20,000 bases of DNA. It comes from Mesotaenium endlicherianum (lineage: Eukaryota). The DNA lies in the NCBI GenBank assembly GCA_009602735.1, contig WELA01003469.1:434045-454044 (forward strand), in the 5' to 3' direction. A program made the position numbers and the translations under genes. This document shows, in pieces, positions 1 through 10,825 of this stretch. Within the stretch, counting starts at the first letter, position 1, and each line of letters opens with the position of its first letter. The notes below the pieces were generated by a model. It saw nothing but the letters and a program-made list of their open reading frames with translations. It searched no databases and was not told where the DNA came from.

Positions 1-3000
1 CCTGAAGTCTCCGGGCTTCTAGTAGAGAGACTTGGGGCTGGTCCAAGATGGGGGTTGGCAATATGGAAGCGCTTCAACTTCCGTTGAACTTTGTCAAGGT
101 AGTGCGCCGCCACCCAACTATTCTCCGAATCTGGATATCCTTTCCACTTGATCAAGTATTGCTGCTGTCTCCTGAAATTTCTCATAGCCATTATGTCTTC
201 CACTTCGTACTCCAAATGATCATCCACTATTGTTGGGGCTGGTGGGGTTGTCACACGTCCTGGGAACTTGTTGTCGGGTTGCACATATGGCTTGAAGAGG
301 GAAGCGTGGAATACGGGGTCGATGTGCATAGTCTGGGGAAGTTCTAGCTTGAAAGCAACGGGGTTGACTTGCTGGATAATCTTGAAGGGTCCCAAATACT
401 TGGGAGAGAACTTGCTGCCGGCAGGCCTGTTGTTCAGGGAAATGTTCTTGGATGATAGTAACACGTTGTCACCCACTCTGTACGTAATTTCTCTTCTGGA
501 TCTGTTCGCCACTCTTGCTTGAGCATCTTGCGCGTGTTGTAGAGCTTTCTTCGCTGCTGTAAGGGCTGCTTCTAATGTCTCCATAAAATCTGTGGCTGCA
601 GGTACTTCATCATGGCCAGCCGTGAAGCTCAGTGGCGTGGTCGGATGGAAGCCATAGTTGAGGAAGAATGGGGACTCTTGGGTAGAGGCCTGCGTAGTGT
701 TGTTGTAGGCAAACTCGAGGGGGGTCAAGTACATGTCCCAGTCTTGCTCGAGGGTAGACACGTAGGCCTTTAGAGAGGTCTTTAGGGTACGATTCATACG
801 CTCGGTTTGCCCATCTGATTGTGGGTGGTAGGCAGTAGACATATCCAGCGATGTACCCAAGTTCTTGAAGAGATTTTTCCAGAAATGGCTTGTGAATCTT
901 GGATCTCTATCTGACACAATTCTTGATGGTAGTCCATGGAGTCGGAAGATGTTGTCAAAGATGAGTCTTGCAAGTTGTGGTGCTGTAGCCTTAGTCGTCG
1001 TGGGAATAAAATGAGCCATCTTGGTAAGTCTGTCCACCGCCGTGAGTATTGCATTATGGCCTCGAGGTGTCACGGGCAAGTCCACGATAAGGTCCATTGA
1101 GATGTCCGTCCATTGTCTTTCGGGGATTGGTAGTGGTTGGAGGAGTCCTCCCGCCTTTTGCGATGATGGCTTGATTCTTTGGCATGTGTCACAGCTCCTG
1201 CAGTACTCCTTGACTTGCTTAGACATGCCTGGCCAACAATAAGTCCTAGCTAGAACGCCCGTGGTCCTTAGGATTCCAAAGTGTCCTCCAAGAGGGTTGT
1301 CGTGTGCTTCTCGTAGAAGCAAGAGCCGGAGGTCTAAGTCATTAGGAACACATCTCTGGCCCGTATCTTGCCTCACCCAATAATTGCCTTCTTGCTTCTT
1401 GCATGGGTCCAAGGCTGCTTCTCCGTTCTTGTAGTAAGGGTCTCTTTCATAGGCGGCTGAAAATCGAGCTTCCAGATCTGTCTTCAGGGATACCATCACT
1501 GCATTTAATTGCAGTCTTGAGAGGGGGTCAGCCGGGTTTGTCTTGCCGGGCTGGTACTGAATCGTGATGTTGTATTGTTGCAAGTATCCGCTCCATCTTG
1601 CTTGTCTCCTTGAGAGATACGGCTGCGTTTGGAGGTGCTTTAACGCCTCGTGGTCCGTGGTGACCAGTACTTTGCGTCCTTCAACGTAGCAGCGCCAAAC
1701 CTTCAAGGCATGTACAATCGCCAATGCCTCTCGCTCCGTGGTTGTATAATTTTGCTCGGCTGGATTTAGCTTCCTTGACTCGTAGGCGATGGGCTGCAGT
1801 CCCTTGCCTTGGTCTTGAAGCAGGATTGCTCCTATTGCATAGGAAGATGCATCGGTGATGACGTGGAAGGGCCAATCTGGGTTTGGACTTGGGAGTGTGA
1901 GCACCGGGGATGTGGTCAATCTTCGCTTTAACTCTTGAAATGCCTCTTCCTCTTTCTCGGTCCATGTATATAGCCTGTCCTTCTTGAGTAGATCTGTCAG
2001 GGGGGCTGCTATGTGCGAGAAGCCTTGGATGAATTTTCTGTACCAATTGGCAAATCCCAAGAATGACTGGAGTTCTTTCTTGGTCGTGGGGGTTGGCCAT
2101 TCCTCCACCACCGTGGTCTTCTTGGGGTCCATCTTGATGCCATCAGCAGTCACGTGGAGACCTAGGAACTCCACTTCTTGTTTGGCAAACTCGCACTTTG
2201 ACTCCTTCGCAAATAGCTTGTTTTGCTTCAATACTTCAAGGACTTCTTTCAAGTGTCTCGCATGCTCTTCAAGGGTCTTGCTGTAGATAAGGATGTCATC
2301 GATGAATACCACCACAAATCTGTCCAACATGGGCTGAAATATGGTGTTCATCATAGTCATGAAAGTTGCTGGCGCGTTGGTGAGTCCAAATGGCAGGACC
2401 ATGAACTCAAAATGTCCATATCTTGTCCTGAATGCCGTCTTCTCTATGTCCGGTTCTGCGATGCGAATCTGGTGGTAGCCGCTCCGTAAGTCAATCTTCG
2501 TGAAGTACTTGGCTCCAACCAGCCGGTCCATGAGCTCATCCATGCGCGGCAGCGGGTATCGATTCTTGATGGTGATCTTGTTGAGGGCGCGATAGTCCAC
2601 ACACATCCTCAAGGTACCATCTTTCTTCTTGACAAATAGCACCGGGGCTCCAAATGGCGACTTGCTAGGTCGAATGAAGCCATGCTCCAGTAGCTCCTTG
2701 ATTTGCTTCTTGACTTCGTCTAGCTCCGTGTATGACATTTTGAACGTAGGCCGAGAGATGGGCTTGCTTCCGGGCTCCAACTCTATCTTGTGGTCTACGA
2801 ATCTTTTGGGGGGTAGGCCCTTGGGCAATTCCGGGGAGAACACTTCTTTGTAGTCCTCTAAGACTTCTTGTATCTCCTTGGGAACGGGGCTGCCTTCTTG
2901 ACTCTCGATGTCTTTCTTGATGTCTTTTGGCGTGATCAAGGCCAAAAGAAGCTCGTGTCCCTTCCTCACAAGTCTCTTGAGTTGGAGGGCGGACAATAGT

Positions 3001-3530
3001 ATCTCGTGTGCCGGCTTCTGGATGTCTTGGGTCTGGATATTCTGGATTGCGCGCAAAATACAGATTCTTGAAGTGATGTCATTCTTGATCTTGATAGTAC
3101 CGGTCCTCCAATCAACTTGGGGGTTGTGCTTGGTCAACCAAGGCGTCCCTAGGATGACGTCGTACTTGCCCAATTGCATGGGGGAGAACACTACTCTATC
3201 CTTGAAGGACTTGATAGAGAGTGCCAAGGGGTACGTCTTCTTGGAAGGGGTAGTATAGGAGAATCCATCGGGCATCATAATCTCCTCGTCGTGGTCAAGA
3301 GTTCGCATAGTAATACCGTGCTTGGTGGCAAAATCTGCAGCAATGAAGTTGCCTTGAGCTCCGCTATCCACCAAGATGTGGACCTTCTCTCCTCCAAGGT
3401 AACCTCTCAAACTCATTGGGGCTGGAACGTCGTCTTCAACGGGGGTCTCCACCTCACTTGGCGTGTTGCCTTCTCGTGAAGTGGGTCTTGGGGTGGTAGG
3501 CTCCTGGCCTACCGGCGCTGTCCGTTTTTT
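1..3530 (-). CDS. pol: Pol polyprotein (protease, RT, RNase H, integrase, chromodomain), reached by -1 frameshift; 3'-partial
   Basis: Manual translation: [10 protein letters not shown] (DSG 3360-3368), [10 protein letters not shown] (~2580-2610), [12 protein letters not shown] (FIDD 2295-2306), VITDAS (~1845-1862), HHCC zinc motif (~1180-1305), DRD, QTER, GPF, and chromodomain [23 protein letters not shown] (~110-212). The frame at the slip site, DSG, FIDD and base 1 is the same. The ORF track lists nothing in this frame, consistent with no stop before the window edge. Confidence 0.95.
3495..3530 (-). promoter_or_regulatory. Predicted -1 programmed ribosomal frameshift signal (A_AAA_AAC plus stem-loop)
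   Basis: Gag codons TCA AAA AAC give A AAA AAC (3530-3524); the -1 frame is pol; hairpin GGTAGGC-CAGGA-GCCTACC at 3513-3495. Confidence 0.8.
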
Positions 3531-4789
3531 GACAACTTTTTGGGGCATGAAAGTGCACGATGGCCCTTTTCCTTGCAATAAAAGCATAGTCCAGCCGTCA
3601 TGAGAGCTTCTTTTTCAGCCGGGGAGAGTCTTGCTTTCACTCCTTGCTGGTTTCTTGCATCATAAGTGTCATTGGAGGGTCTTCCACTCTTCCGGGCAGC
3701 CGCGGGGTCCCTTTTAATAACTCCGATTTCCATGGGTGTGGGTCCAGATTCGGATGTGGAAGGGGCTGCGTACACCCGCGTCGTCGGTACCCGTGAAGAT
3801 GAAGGCACGGAGTGCTTGAAATCCAAGGTATCCACCTTTTGGGCCACTTCAATGATCTTTGAGAAGTCCGTCAAGTCGCGTAACTCCACTTCCTTTGCCA
3901 CCTTGGGTTTGAGGCCAAAGATGTAGCGGTCAATCTTCTCCTCGAGAGACATGTTGGGGATCTCAAGAGTGAGGGCGTGAAATCTGGATGTATACTCTTG
4001 AACGGACGTCGTTTGCTTGAGATGGTGGAGCTTTCCTCGGGCAATCTTCTCCGCATTGATGGGCATGAATTGCTTCTTGAGGGCCTCACGAAAATCTGCC
4101 CATCTTGCATATGATGGTGGGGGCTCTTGGCCGAGCATGGGGTGCGCCATAGCTTGATATATAGCCGCTTGATAGTTACGCCACCATGATGTTGCTGCTC
4201 CTCTAAGTAAGGTAACGGCAAAGGGAACGTAGTCCTCCTCGGGTACTTCAAGGAATGCGAGGTACGTCTCCACTTGGTAGAGCCATAAATTCAGGTTGGC
4301 ACCTTTCCCGGGGTTGAAAGTGTCGGGTTTGCCGGGCTTGATGAGTTTCCTTGCTCTCGTTGGCTCTTGTGGAGGCGCTTGAGCCGGGGCTGGATTTTGA
4401 GCATTGCTCGCAATAGGGGCAACCATGGCAGCCATAGCTTCTCTTGACGCTTGCACGGTTGCTTCATAGGTGGCCAAGCCCACTTGGTTGTGGACGGTCA
4501 TTAGGAAGGCTGCCCACTCATTTGCGGGAACTCCTTGTGGTGGGGTCAACTTTGCTATAGCGGCTGCCACGGGATTTGACGGTGCTCCTCCTTGTGGTGC
4601 TTCTTGTTGTTGGAGATTTCCTTGAGTAGGCTCTCCCATCGACGCTGGAGGAGGGTGTGCTCCTCCTTGTGGTGCTTCTTGTTGTTGCAGATTTTCTTGA
4701 GTGGGCTCTCCCATCGGCGCTGGAGGAGGGTGTCTTGGAGAGGAAGGGCTTCCTTCGAAAGCTTGCTGTTGGTCTTGAGGATCGGCCAT
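3509..4789 (-). CDS. gag: Gag (retrotransposon capsid domain plus CCHC zinc knuckle), 426 aa
   Basis: [59 protein letters not shown] lies just downstream of the PBS. Confidence 0.96.
   Translation of the reverse strand: MADPQDQQQAFEGSPSSPRHPPPAPMGEPTQENLQQQEAPQGGAHPPPASMGEPTQGNLQQQEAPQGGAPSNPVAAAIAKLTPPQGVPANEWAAFLMTVHNQVGLATYEATVQASREAMAAMVAPIASNAQNPAPAQAPPQEPTRARKLIKPGKPDTFNPGKGANLNLWLYQVETYLAFLEVPEEDYVPFAVTLLRGAATSWWRNYQAAIYQAMAHPMLGQEPPPSYARWADFREALKKQFMPINAEKIARGKLHHLKQTTSVQEYTSRFHALTLEIPNMSLEEKIDRYIFGLKPKVAKEVELRDLTDFSKIIEVAQKVDTLDFKHSVPSSSRVPTTRVYAAPSTSESGPTPMEIGVIKRDPAAARKSGRPSNDTYDARNQQGVKARLSPAEKEALMTAGLCFYCKEKGHRALSCPKKLSKNGQRR
4583..4732 (-). repeat. 75-bp in-frame tandem duplication in gag N-terminus
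   Basis: [25 protein letters not shown] / [25 protein letters not shown]. Confidence 0.95.
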
Positions 4790-4809
4790 CTTCTTGTGCT
4801 ACCAAAGTG

Positions 4810-4825
4810 CCTAGCTCCGATACCA
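4810..4825 (-). promoter_or_regulatory. Primer binding site, tRNA-iMet type
   Basis: TGGTATCGGAGCTAGG, 1 nt after the LTR end; resembles plant iMet PBS TGGTATCAGAGCCAGG with two wobble-compatible changes. Confidence 0.9.
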
Positions 4826-4826
4826 C

Positions 4827-5329
4827 TGTAGTGAAACAGATAGATAAAGTACTTAGTAAAACAGAATACTTTATCTATTCAAGACAAGGATCTTTGAACA
4901 CAAGTGGTAGCTTCTTGAAAGAGAGATGGCTTCTTGAAAGTTAATATATTTCTGGATTTTGGCAAGTACAAGAGTGATTCTGGAATGTCTTTCTATGTTC
5001 TAGCTCTTGTTTATATACTTGCTACATAAGTAATTTCTAGGAAGGTGTATGTTGATGTGTTGGCACCCAACACATCCCAAAACTTGCCACCTCTTTCTAG
5101 AATAATGTACACATGTCCTTTTGACCTAAAAATGGCACATCTGACTTTTGCCACATGGAGTTCTTCTAGGTCTTTCCTCTAACTTCGAAAATGCCTTGGA
5201 AGGTTCAAAGGACATGAACCAAGTTACTAGAGTACCTATTCACACTTGACTCCACACCATACTACTTCAAATATATTTGAAAACATTAAAATATATGCAA
5301 ACTAATGTATAATAACTCAAATCACTACA
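4827..5329 (-). repeat. 5' LTR of family A (503 bp)
   Basis: Perfect 8-bp terminal inverted repeat TGTAGTGA...TCACTACA; adjacent to PBS; TATATAAA on minus strand at 5017-5010. Confidence 0.93.
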
Positions 5330-6037
5330 GAAAACATGCCTTCGTCAAATGGGCGAAGAATGCAGGCCGGATAGATATCAGCAGGCTGAAAGCCAAGCAA
5401 CCTCCAGCGCGCCCTAAGAAAGGGAGATCAGTAGACTACTCCATGTCTACCAGAGAGCAAAACGACTTAGTTGACGAGACTCCTACTCTTTCAGAGGAGG
5501 AGGATGAGGGGGATGAGGAAGAAGAACAAGGTAGAGGCGAAGCATCAGGAGCTGGTACTCAGGAGACCCAGGGGCAAGCAGGGGCACTTCCTAAGGAACC
5601 AAGATCAGGTATATGGAACGTGATCCCCGTCATGGAGGCAACTGGACCCCGCACTCGCTCCCCCATTCCACCTGCCCATGCAAGGGGAAGAAGCTAATCT
5701 GATTGTACTGGGCAGCAGACACAGGCAGAAATCCCCAGAGGACAGGGGTTTCAGAAGAGGGATACGCGGGGTGGCCAGAGGTATGCCGGCCTTCCCCTTT
5801 GCTCATGGACATGTACCTCTTGCCAATGTATTTCAGCATCCTATTGGAATGCCTGTCTATGTGGGGATCAACATCCAAGTGGGTGAAGAGCAGGCTACCA
5901 TCCTTCGTTCTCCTCGAGGTCCAACTTTAGAACAAACGGGGTTCTTTAGAAGGCCAGCGGACAGACCTAGACGGCTGTCTAGATCTAGGTCCAGATCTCC
6001 GTCTCCAGATCCTGAAGCCCCAGGAACAACCCCCTAA
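5330..6037 (+). pseudogene. Disrupted 3' ORF of family B, unknown protein (acidic tract, C-terminal RS-rich tail); frame switch near 5650-5700
   Basis: KHAFVKWAKNAG (one frame) and GMPVYVGINIQV..PTLEQTGFFRRPAD (next frame) are both conserved in the second copy, with mostly synonymous differences. Confidence 0.6.
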
Positions 6038-6132
6038 GGTGACAGGCTGAAAAGGCAGTCAGTGGGGGAGGCTGGTCAGGTTCAGGTCCCTTATTTAAGA
6101 CTTTTGCAGTTTAATGTTGTCGAGGCGACAAC

Positions 6133-6150
6133 AAGTTAAGTTGGAGGGAT
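6133..6150 (+). promoter_or_regulatory. Polypurine tract of family B
   Basis: AAGTTAAGTTGGAGGGAT directly before the LTR's TGT; TGGAGGGAT also abuts the second LTR copy (12813-12821, minus). Confidence 0.75.
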
Positions 6151-6868
6151 TGTAATGAATCAGTATGTTAGTAGATGTAATATTCATTTAAATATAATAT
6201 TATTTAAGTTCAGCCTACTGAACTCTAGTTGATTATCCGTCTGCTGGACTTTATATTTAATATCGGTTTAATGACTCAGCCGGAAGTAGCAGGCTAAAGT
6301 CCACTTAAGTCAGCTTGCTGACACATTCTTTAACAGCCAGCTGACTTCCGTACTCGGTAGCGGCAAACTGCCTCGATATGCATCTAAGTATGATATGTTA
6401 GATGAATGGCCAGATGACATCCCTATGATGGATGGCGATTCGGGATGATGGGAGATGGTGGTGGATTTGGTTAACCGAGGTCCTACCAACGTGGTTAACT
6501 CCCGGGTAGGCGATGCCATCGCACTAGCCGTTGAACAGTAACTCATTCCATGTACATATGCTAGGCATTGCTCTCGAGTTTGGCACTCGGAAATGAGGCC
6601 AACTCTCTTGTACAGCTTACTGAGAGAGATCTGAATCCAAGGCGAGAAGCCATTGATACGCACTGTCTTCTAACCTTGCTTATGTATGAGTTTACTGATT
6701 GCATTATCGATGCTAGTTTACTCGCATTTCAATTACGAGTATTGTTCCCTGCTAGTGTGTTGTCCTTTGCCGTTTAACCAATTAACGGAAAATACCATAA
6801 AGATTACTTGCTGATATAAAGATCTTTATTAATTGTTAATTGCCTATTTGGTAAGTCGATTCATTTCA
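6151..6868 (+). repeat. 3' LTR of family B (718 bp)
   Basis: Termini TGTAATGAATC...GATTCATTTCA (10/11 inverted match); homology to 12060-12812 stops at the CA end. Confidence 0.92.
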
Positions 6869-7889
6869 ATCTTTCACTCAACTCGACCTTAATAAGGGTT
6901 TGGGATTGAACGAACCTTCGAGGAGTAAAACTCCAGGTTCTGGTCGCGTCAACTCGAGGAACGTATTTATCACGATATCGCGTCTGCTCAATCGACATAT
7001 TTCAAACCGAAGCGCGTCAAATCAATCGAGTATGCCTTGCCGACGGGACCGACATCAAAGGAAGAGTAAATTAATCCCGCGGCTTCTACATGGGGTCACT
7101 TTGTTTGTTGGCTATGATATTCGATCATGTAGGCTGCACGTGAACAAAATCTCATTTTTTCGTGCCTCCCTCGTAAAGTTAACATGACGGCCCTCACCTT
7201 GAGAATGGGCAATGGGTGGTATGTGCCGTTTCCTACTTTTTCAAAAGTATGCAAAGTATGCTGAGGCAAATCGCTCGACGACGGCCGGCAAACAATTGAA
7301 GAACACTTTTTTCACCTACAAAGTAGGTTCACCGACTCAAGATAGGGTAGGATTCGATCTGGGAGCCATTCCTTTACCAAAAAGTAAGAGGCCTTACCTT
7401 CATCTGCACCTCGAACCTCAAGCTCGAGTCACCTGCACTACAAGATGCTTGAAGTCTGCGACAATCGAAATAGCAATTCATAAACGTCGGCTTCTGAACC
7501 CTCAACACGTTCTTCGTCACTCGAACGTTGTCGAATGTCAACGCAATATGTGACACGTTGGGATAAGTCGGATTGTGCCTCGAGCGTGGTCGAATGCAAG
7601 CCAAATGACCTAACTTCGATGTTGCTAGCCCGCCGTAATCTAACAACCGGGAGAGTTAGCCGCAATTGTCCTCGAGCTTGGGTGTTTAAACTTTCTACTA
7701 ACACTTGACGTCTCTAACCTTTGTGATTGTATGATGTTCTCACTTTGTTCACATGGCACAGTGTGCAGGGGTGTAGGCAGGGGCTTTCTCCGCATCAATT
7801 ATTGAAAGTGAGCAATGGGGCCTTGGTGCTCTCGACATTTAGTCTCCCTGGCTTTCGGCTTGAACAGCTAACAGACGTGGCCCCTTATC

Positions 7890-7960
7890 TTCCCTCCCCC
7901 TCCCCCCNNNNNNNNNNNNNNNNNNNNNNNNNNNNNNNNNNNNNNNNNNNNNNNNNNNNN

Positions 7961-8018
<58 letters not shown>

Positions 8019-9869
8019 CTTTCCGTGTGAGTTTGACATGCATGTAGGCATGGGATGAGTGAGTGACCGACCAAGTTTGCCCCCAAGGTGCCCACCAGGA
8101 GGCTCGTCAAAAAGGCCTCCCTTAAGCGTGTGTAAGCTGCTGTTCTCTTTGTCTACTGCCAGCCTCCGCCGTTGTCAAGCACTTATTATTTGCCGCTCCC
8201 TCACGCTGTTCTTTTTGCTTCCTGCCAGCCGCCCCCGCCCCCCCTATCTATCGTGCTGTTTTTTTGCCTGCTTCCAACCCCCCTTTCTTTCTTTTGCTGT
8301 TGTATGTGCCTGCTTCTTTATGCTGTTATTCTTGCTCTCACGCTGTTAATATTGCCTGCTTCCAACCCCTTCTCCTCTCACGTTGCTAAATTTGCTTGCT
8401 CTCTCACGCTGTTATTCTTGCTTGCTGCCAAACCACTCCCCCCCTTTTCACGCTTTTATTTTTGCCTGTTGCCTGCCTGTTGCCTCCACCCCCCTCTCTC
8501 CTGTTATTAGTCCCCAACCCCCTCTTCCTCTCTCTCTCTCTCTCTCTCTCNNNNNNNNNNNNNNNNNNNNNNNNNNNNNNNNNNNNNNNNNNNNNNNNNN
8601 NNNNNNNNNNNNNNNNNNNNNNNNNNNNNNNNNNNNNNNNNNNNNNNNNNNNNNNNNNNNNNNNNNNNNNNNNNNNNNNNNNNNNNNNNNNNNNNNNNNN
8701 NNNNNNNNNNNNNNNNNNNNNNNNNNNNNNNNNNNNNNNNNNNNNNNNNNNNNNNNNNNNNNNNNNNNNNNNNNNNNNNNNNNNNNNNNNNNNNNNNNNN
8801 NNNNNNNNNNNNNNNNNNNNNNNNNNNNNNNNNNNNNNNNNNNNNNNNNNNNNNNNNNNNNNNNNNNNNNNNNNNNNNNNNNNNNNNNNNNNNNNNNNNN
8901 NNNNNNNNNNNNNNNNNNNNCCCCCCTCTCTATCTCTCCCTCTCTTTCTCTCTCTCCCTCTCCCTCTCCCTCACCCCCACGCTTTCCCTGTCCCTCTTTC
9001 TTTTTTTCCCTCTTTTTCTTCTCTTTCTCGCGCACGCTATTTTTGTCATGTTTGCTCCTCGTTGGCTGCCCTAGCCCTCCTCTCCTTTAGTTATTTTTTT
9101 CCGTTGCCGGTGCCTCCTTTCTCTTCCACGCTCTCTCTCCTCCCTCTCCCACACCCTTTGCTTTCCTACTCCCTCTTTCTCTTTCTCCCTCCCACTTCTC
9201 TTCTGCGCACACGCTATTTTGTTGTGTTTGCTCTTTGTTGGCTTCCCCACTCCTCCTCTCAATTTATTCAGTTTGCCTGTTGCCAACCCCTCCTTTATCG
9301 CGCCCTCACTCACCCTCTCCCTCACCCTCTTCTTCTCCCTCTCTCTCTCCCTCTTTCTTCCCCTCTTTTTCTCTCTCTCTCTCCGTCTTTCTCCCCCTCT
9401 CTCCCTTTTCTGTCCCTCTCACTCTCTCAATCTCCCTCTCGCTCTCTCTCCACCCCATCTCTCTCTCCCTCTCCCTCCATTTCTCTCTCTCCCTCTCCCT
9501 GTCCCTCACCGTCACGCCCCTTCACCCTCTTTCTTCCTCTCCCTGTCCCTCACCCTCAGGCCCCTTCTCCCTCTTTCTCTTTCTCCCTCTCTCTCTTCTC
9601 TTTCTTGCATACGGTGTTTTAGCCTTGTTTGCTCCTTGTCGGCTGCCCCTCCTTTCCTCATATTGTTGCTTTTGCTTGTTGCCAGCCCCTCCTCTCTCTC
9701 TCTCGCTCTCTCTTCTCCCTCTCCTCACCCTCTTGCTTTTTCTCTCCCTCTTTTTCTTTCTCCCTCTCTCTCTTCTCTTTCTCGCTCACGTTGTTTTTGT
9801 TGTATTTGCTCCTCGCTGGCTGCCCCATTCCTCCTTCATTTTTTTTAAATTGCCTGTTGCCAATCCCTC

Positions 9870-9920
<51 letters not shown>

Positions 9921-10400
9921 CTCTCCCTCAGCCTCTCGCTTTCCCTCTTCCTCATTCTCCTTCTCCCTCTCTTTCTTATCTTTCTCGCACACGCTCTCTT
10001 TCTTGTGTTAGCTCAACGTTAGCTGCCCTACCCATCTCATATTCTTTATTTTGTCTGTTGCCAGCCCCTCCTTTGATTTTGTTCTATTAACAGACAATTT
10101 ACATTATGTATTCAATTTTGGAGGGAGAATGAGGCAAATGAGAGGTGGTAGAGGCNTCTCATTATGTTTATTCTGCCTGCTGCCAGCTCCTCCTCTCTCG
10201 CGCTCTCCCTCACCCTGTCCCTCACCCTCTTCCTCTCTCTCTCTCTCGCTCTCTCTCCTCTCTCTCCCTCAGCCTCTCGCTTTCCCTCTTCCTCATTCTC
10301 CTTCTCCCTCTCTTTCTTATCTTTCTCGCACACGCTCTCTTTCTTGTGTTAGCTCAACGTTAGCTGCCCTACCCATCTCATATTCTTTATTTTGTCTGTT
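7890..10400. repeat. CT-rich low-complexity / (CT)n microsatellite tract with a degenerate larger unit; assembly gaps 7908-7960 and 8551-8920
   Basis: Pyrimidine-rich plus strand, (CT)n runs, recurring TGC(C/T)TGTTGCCA(A/G)CCCC and CACGCT(G/A)TT motifs. Confidence 0.9.
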
Positions 10401-10496
10401 GCCAGCCCCTCCTTTGATTTTGTTCTATTAACAGACAATTTACATTATGTATTCAATTTTGGAGGGAGAATGAGGCAAATGAGAGGTGGTAGAGGC
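9913..10496 (+). repeat. ~245-bp identical direct duplication (offset 341) around the single N at 10156; probable unmerged contig overlap
   Basis: 9913-10155 matches 10254-10496; the first copy ends exactly at the N. Confidence 0.85.
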
Positions 10497-10724
10497 ACTT
10501 CCACGAGGTGGTTGCATCCCTTGTGGCTGGATAATGAGTTCCTAGACACTAGGATGTAGGACAGACTTGATTACTGTCATGCTTGTAAGGTAGAGCTTAG
10601 CTCTTACGTTTTAATTAGGTGGCTATAGAGGTACAAAGTATATATTGTTGGGATCTCATATTTTTAGTTTGGATTTTAATGTCTGTACCAATTTTGCACG
10701 TGAATTGCCATTCATAATGAGGTC

Positions 10725-10825
10725 AAAACCCACCTGGTTTAAAGTTTGGAAAACCCACCTGGTTGAAACCCACCTGGTTGAAAGGTTGGAAAACCCACCT
10801 TGTTGAAAGGTGGGAAAGCCCACTT
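10725..10825 (+). repeat. Short tandem array, 5 x AAACCCACC(T)-core units, ~25-bp period
   Basis: AAAACCCACCTGGTT(T/G)AAAG(G/T)TTGG-type units, one shortened, the last degenerate. Confidence 0.85.

Larger units (their letters stand above)
1..5329 (-). mobile_element. Ty3/Gypsy LTR retrotransposon, chromovirus (family A); 3' end lies outside the window
   Basis: Order on minus strand: LTR - PBS - gag (CCHC) - PR - RT - RNaseH - INT - chromodomain; no stop seen in pol. Confidence 0.97.
5330..6868 (+). mobile_element. 3' part of a second LTR retrotransposon (family B), interrupted by family A
   Basis: Coding-like tail, PPT-like tract and LTR in sense order; homologous inverted pieces at 12060-12821, 12978-13114 and 13635-13728. 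Confidence 0.85.

Noticed and set aside
48..3479. Short plus-strand and off-frame ORFs over family A
   Set aside because: Shadows of the pol frame with no independent motifs.
5305..5329. ATG start of the 130-aa ORF
   Set aside because: The start lies inside LTR A; the ORF is a chimera created by the insertion.
6310..6663. ORF MRINGFSPWIQ.. also present at 12267-12533
   Set aside because: Lies inside the LTR; shared only because the LTRs are homologous, and the frames diverge midway.
7727..10431. Many long ORFs (LSLSL / ERERE)
   Set aside because: Artefacts of CT repeats and N runs lacking stop codons.
9913..10496. Biological tandem duplication
   Set aside because: Identical copies abutting a single N; more likely an unmerged contig overlap. 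The duplicated TKNTL at N 14060 is similar.
10725..10825. CRISPR-like or telomere-like array
   Set aside because: No unique spacers, no cas genes, eukaryotic context; unit is not TTTAGGG-type.
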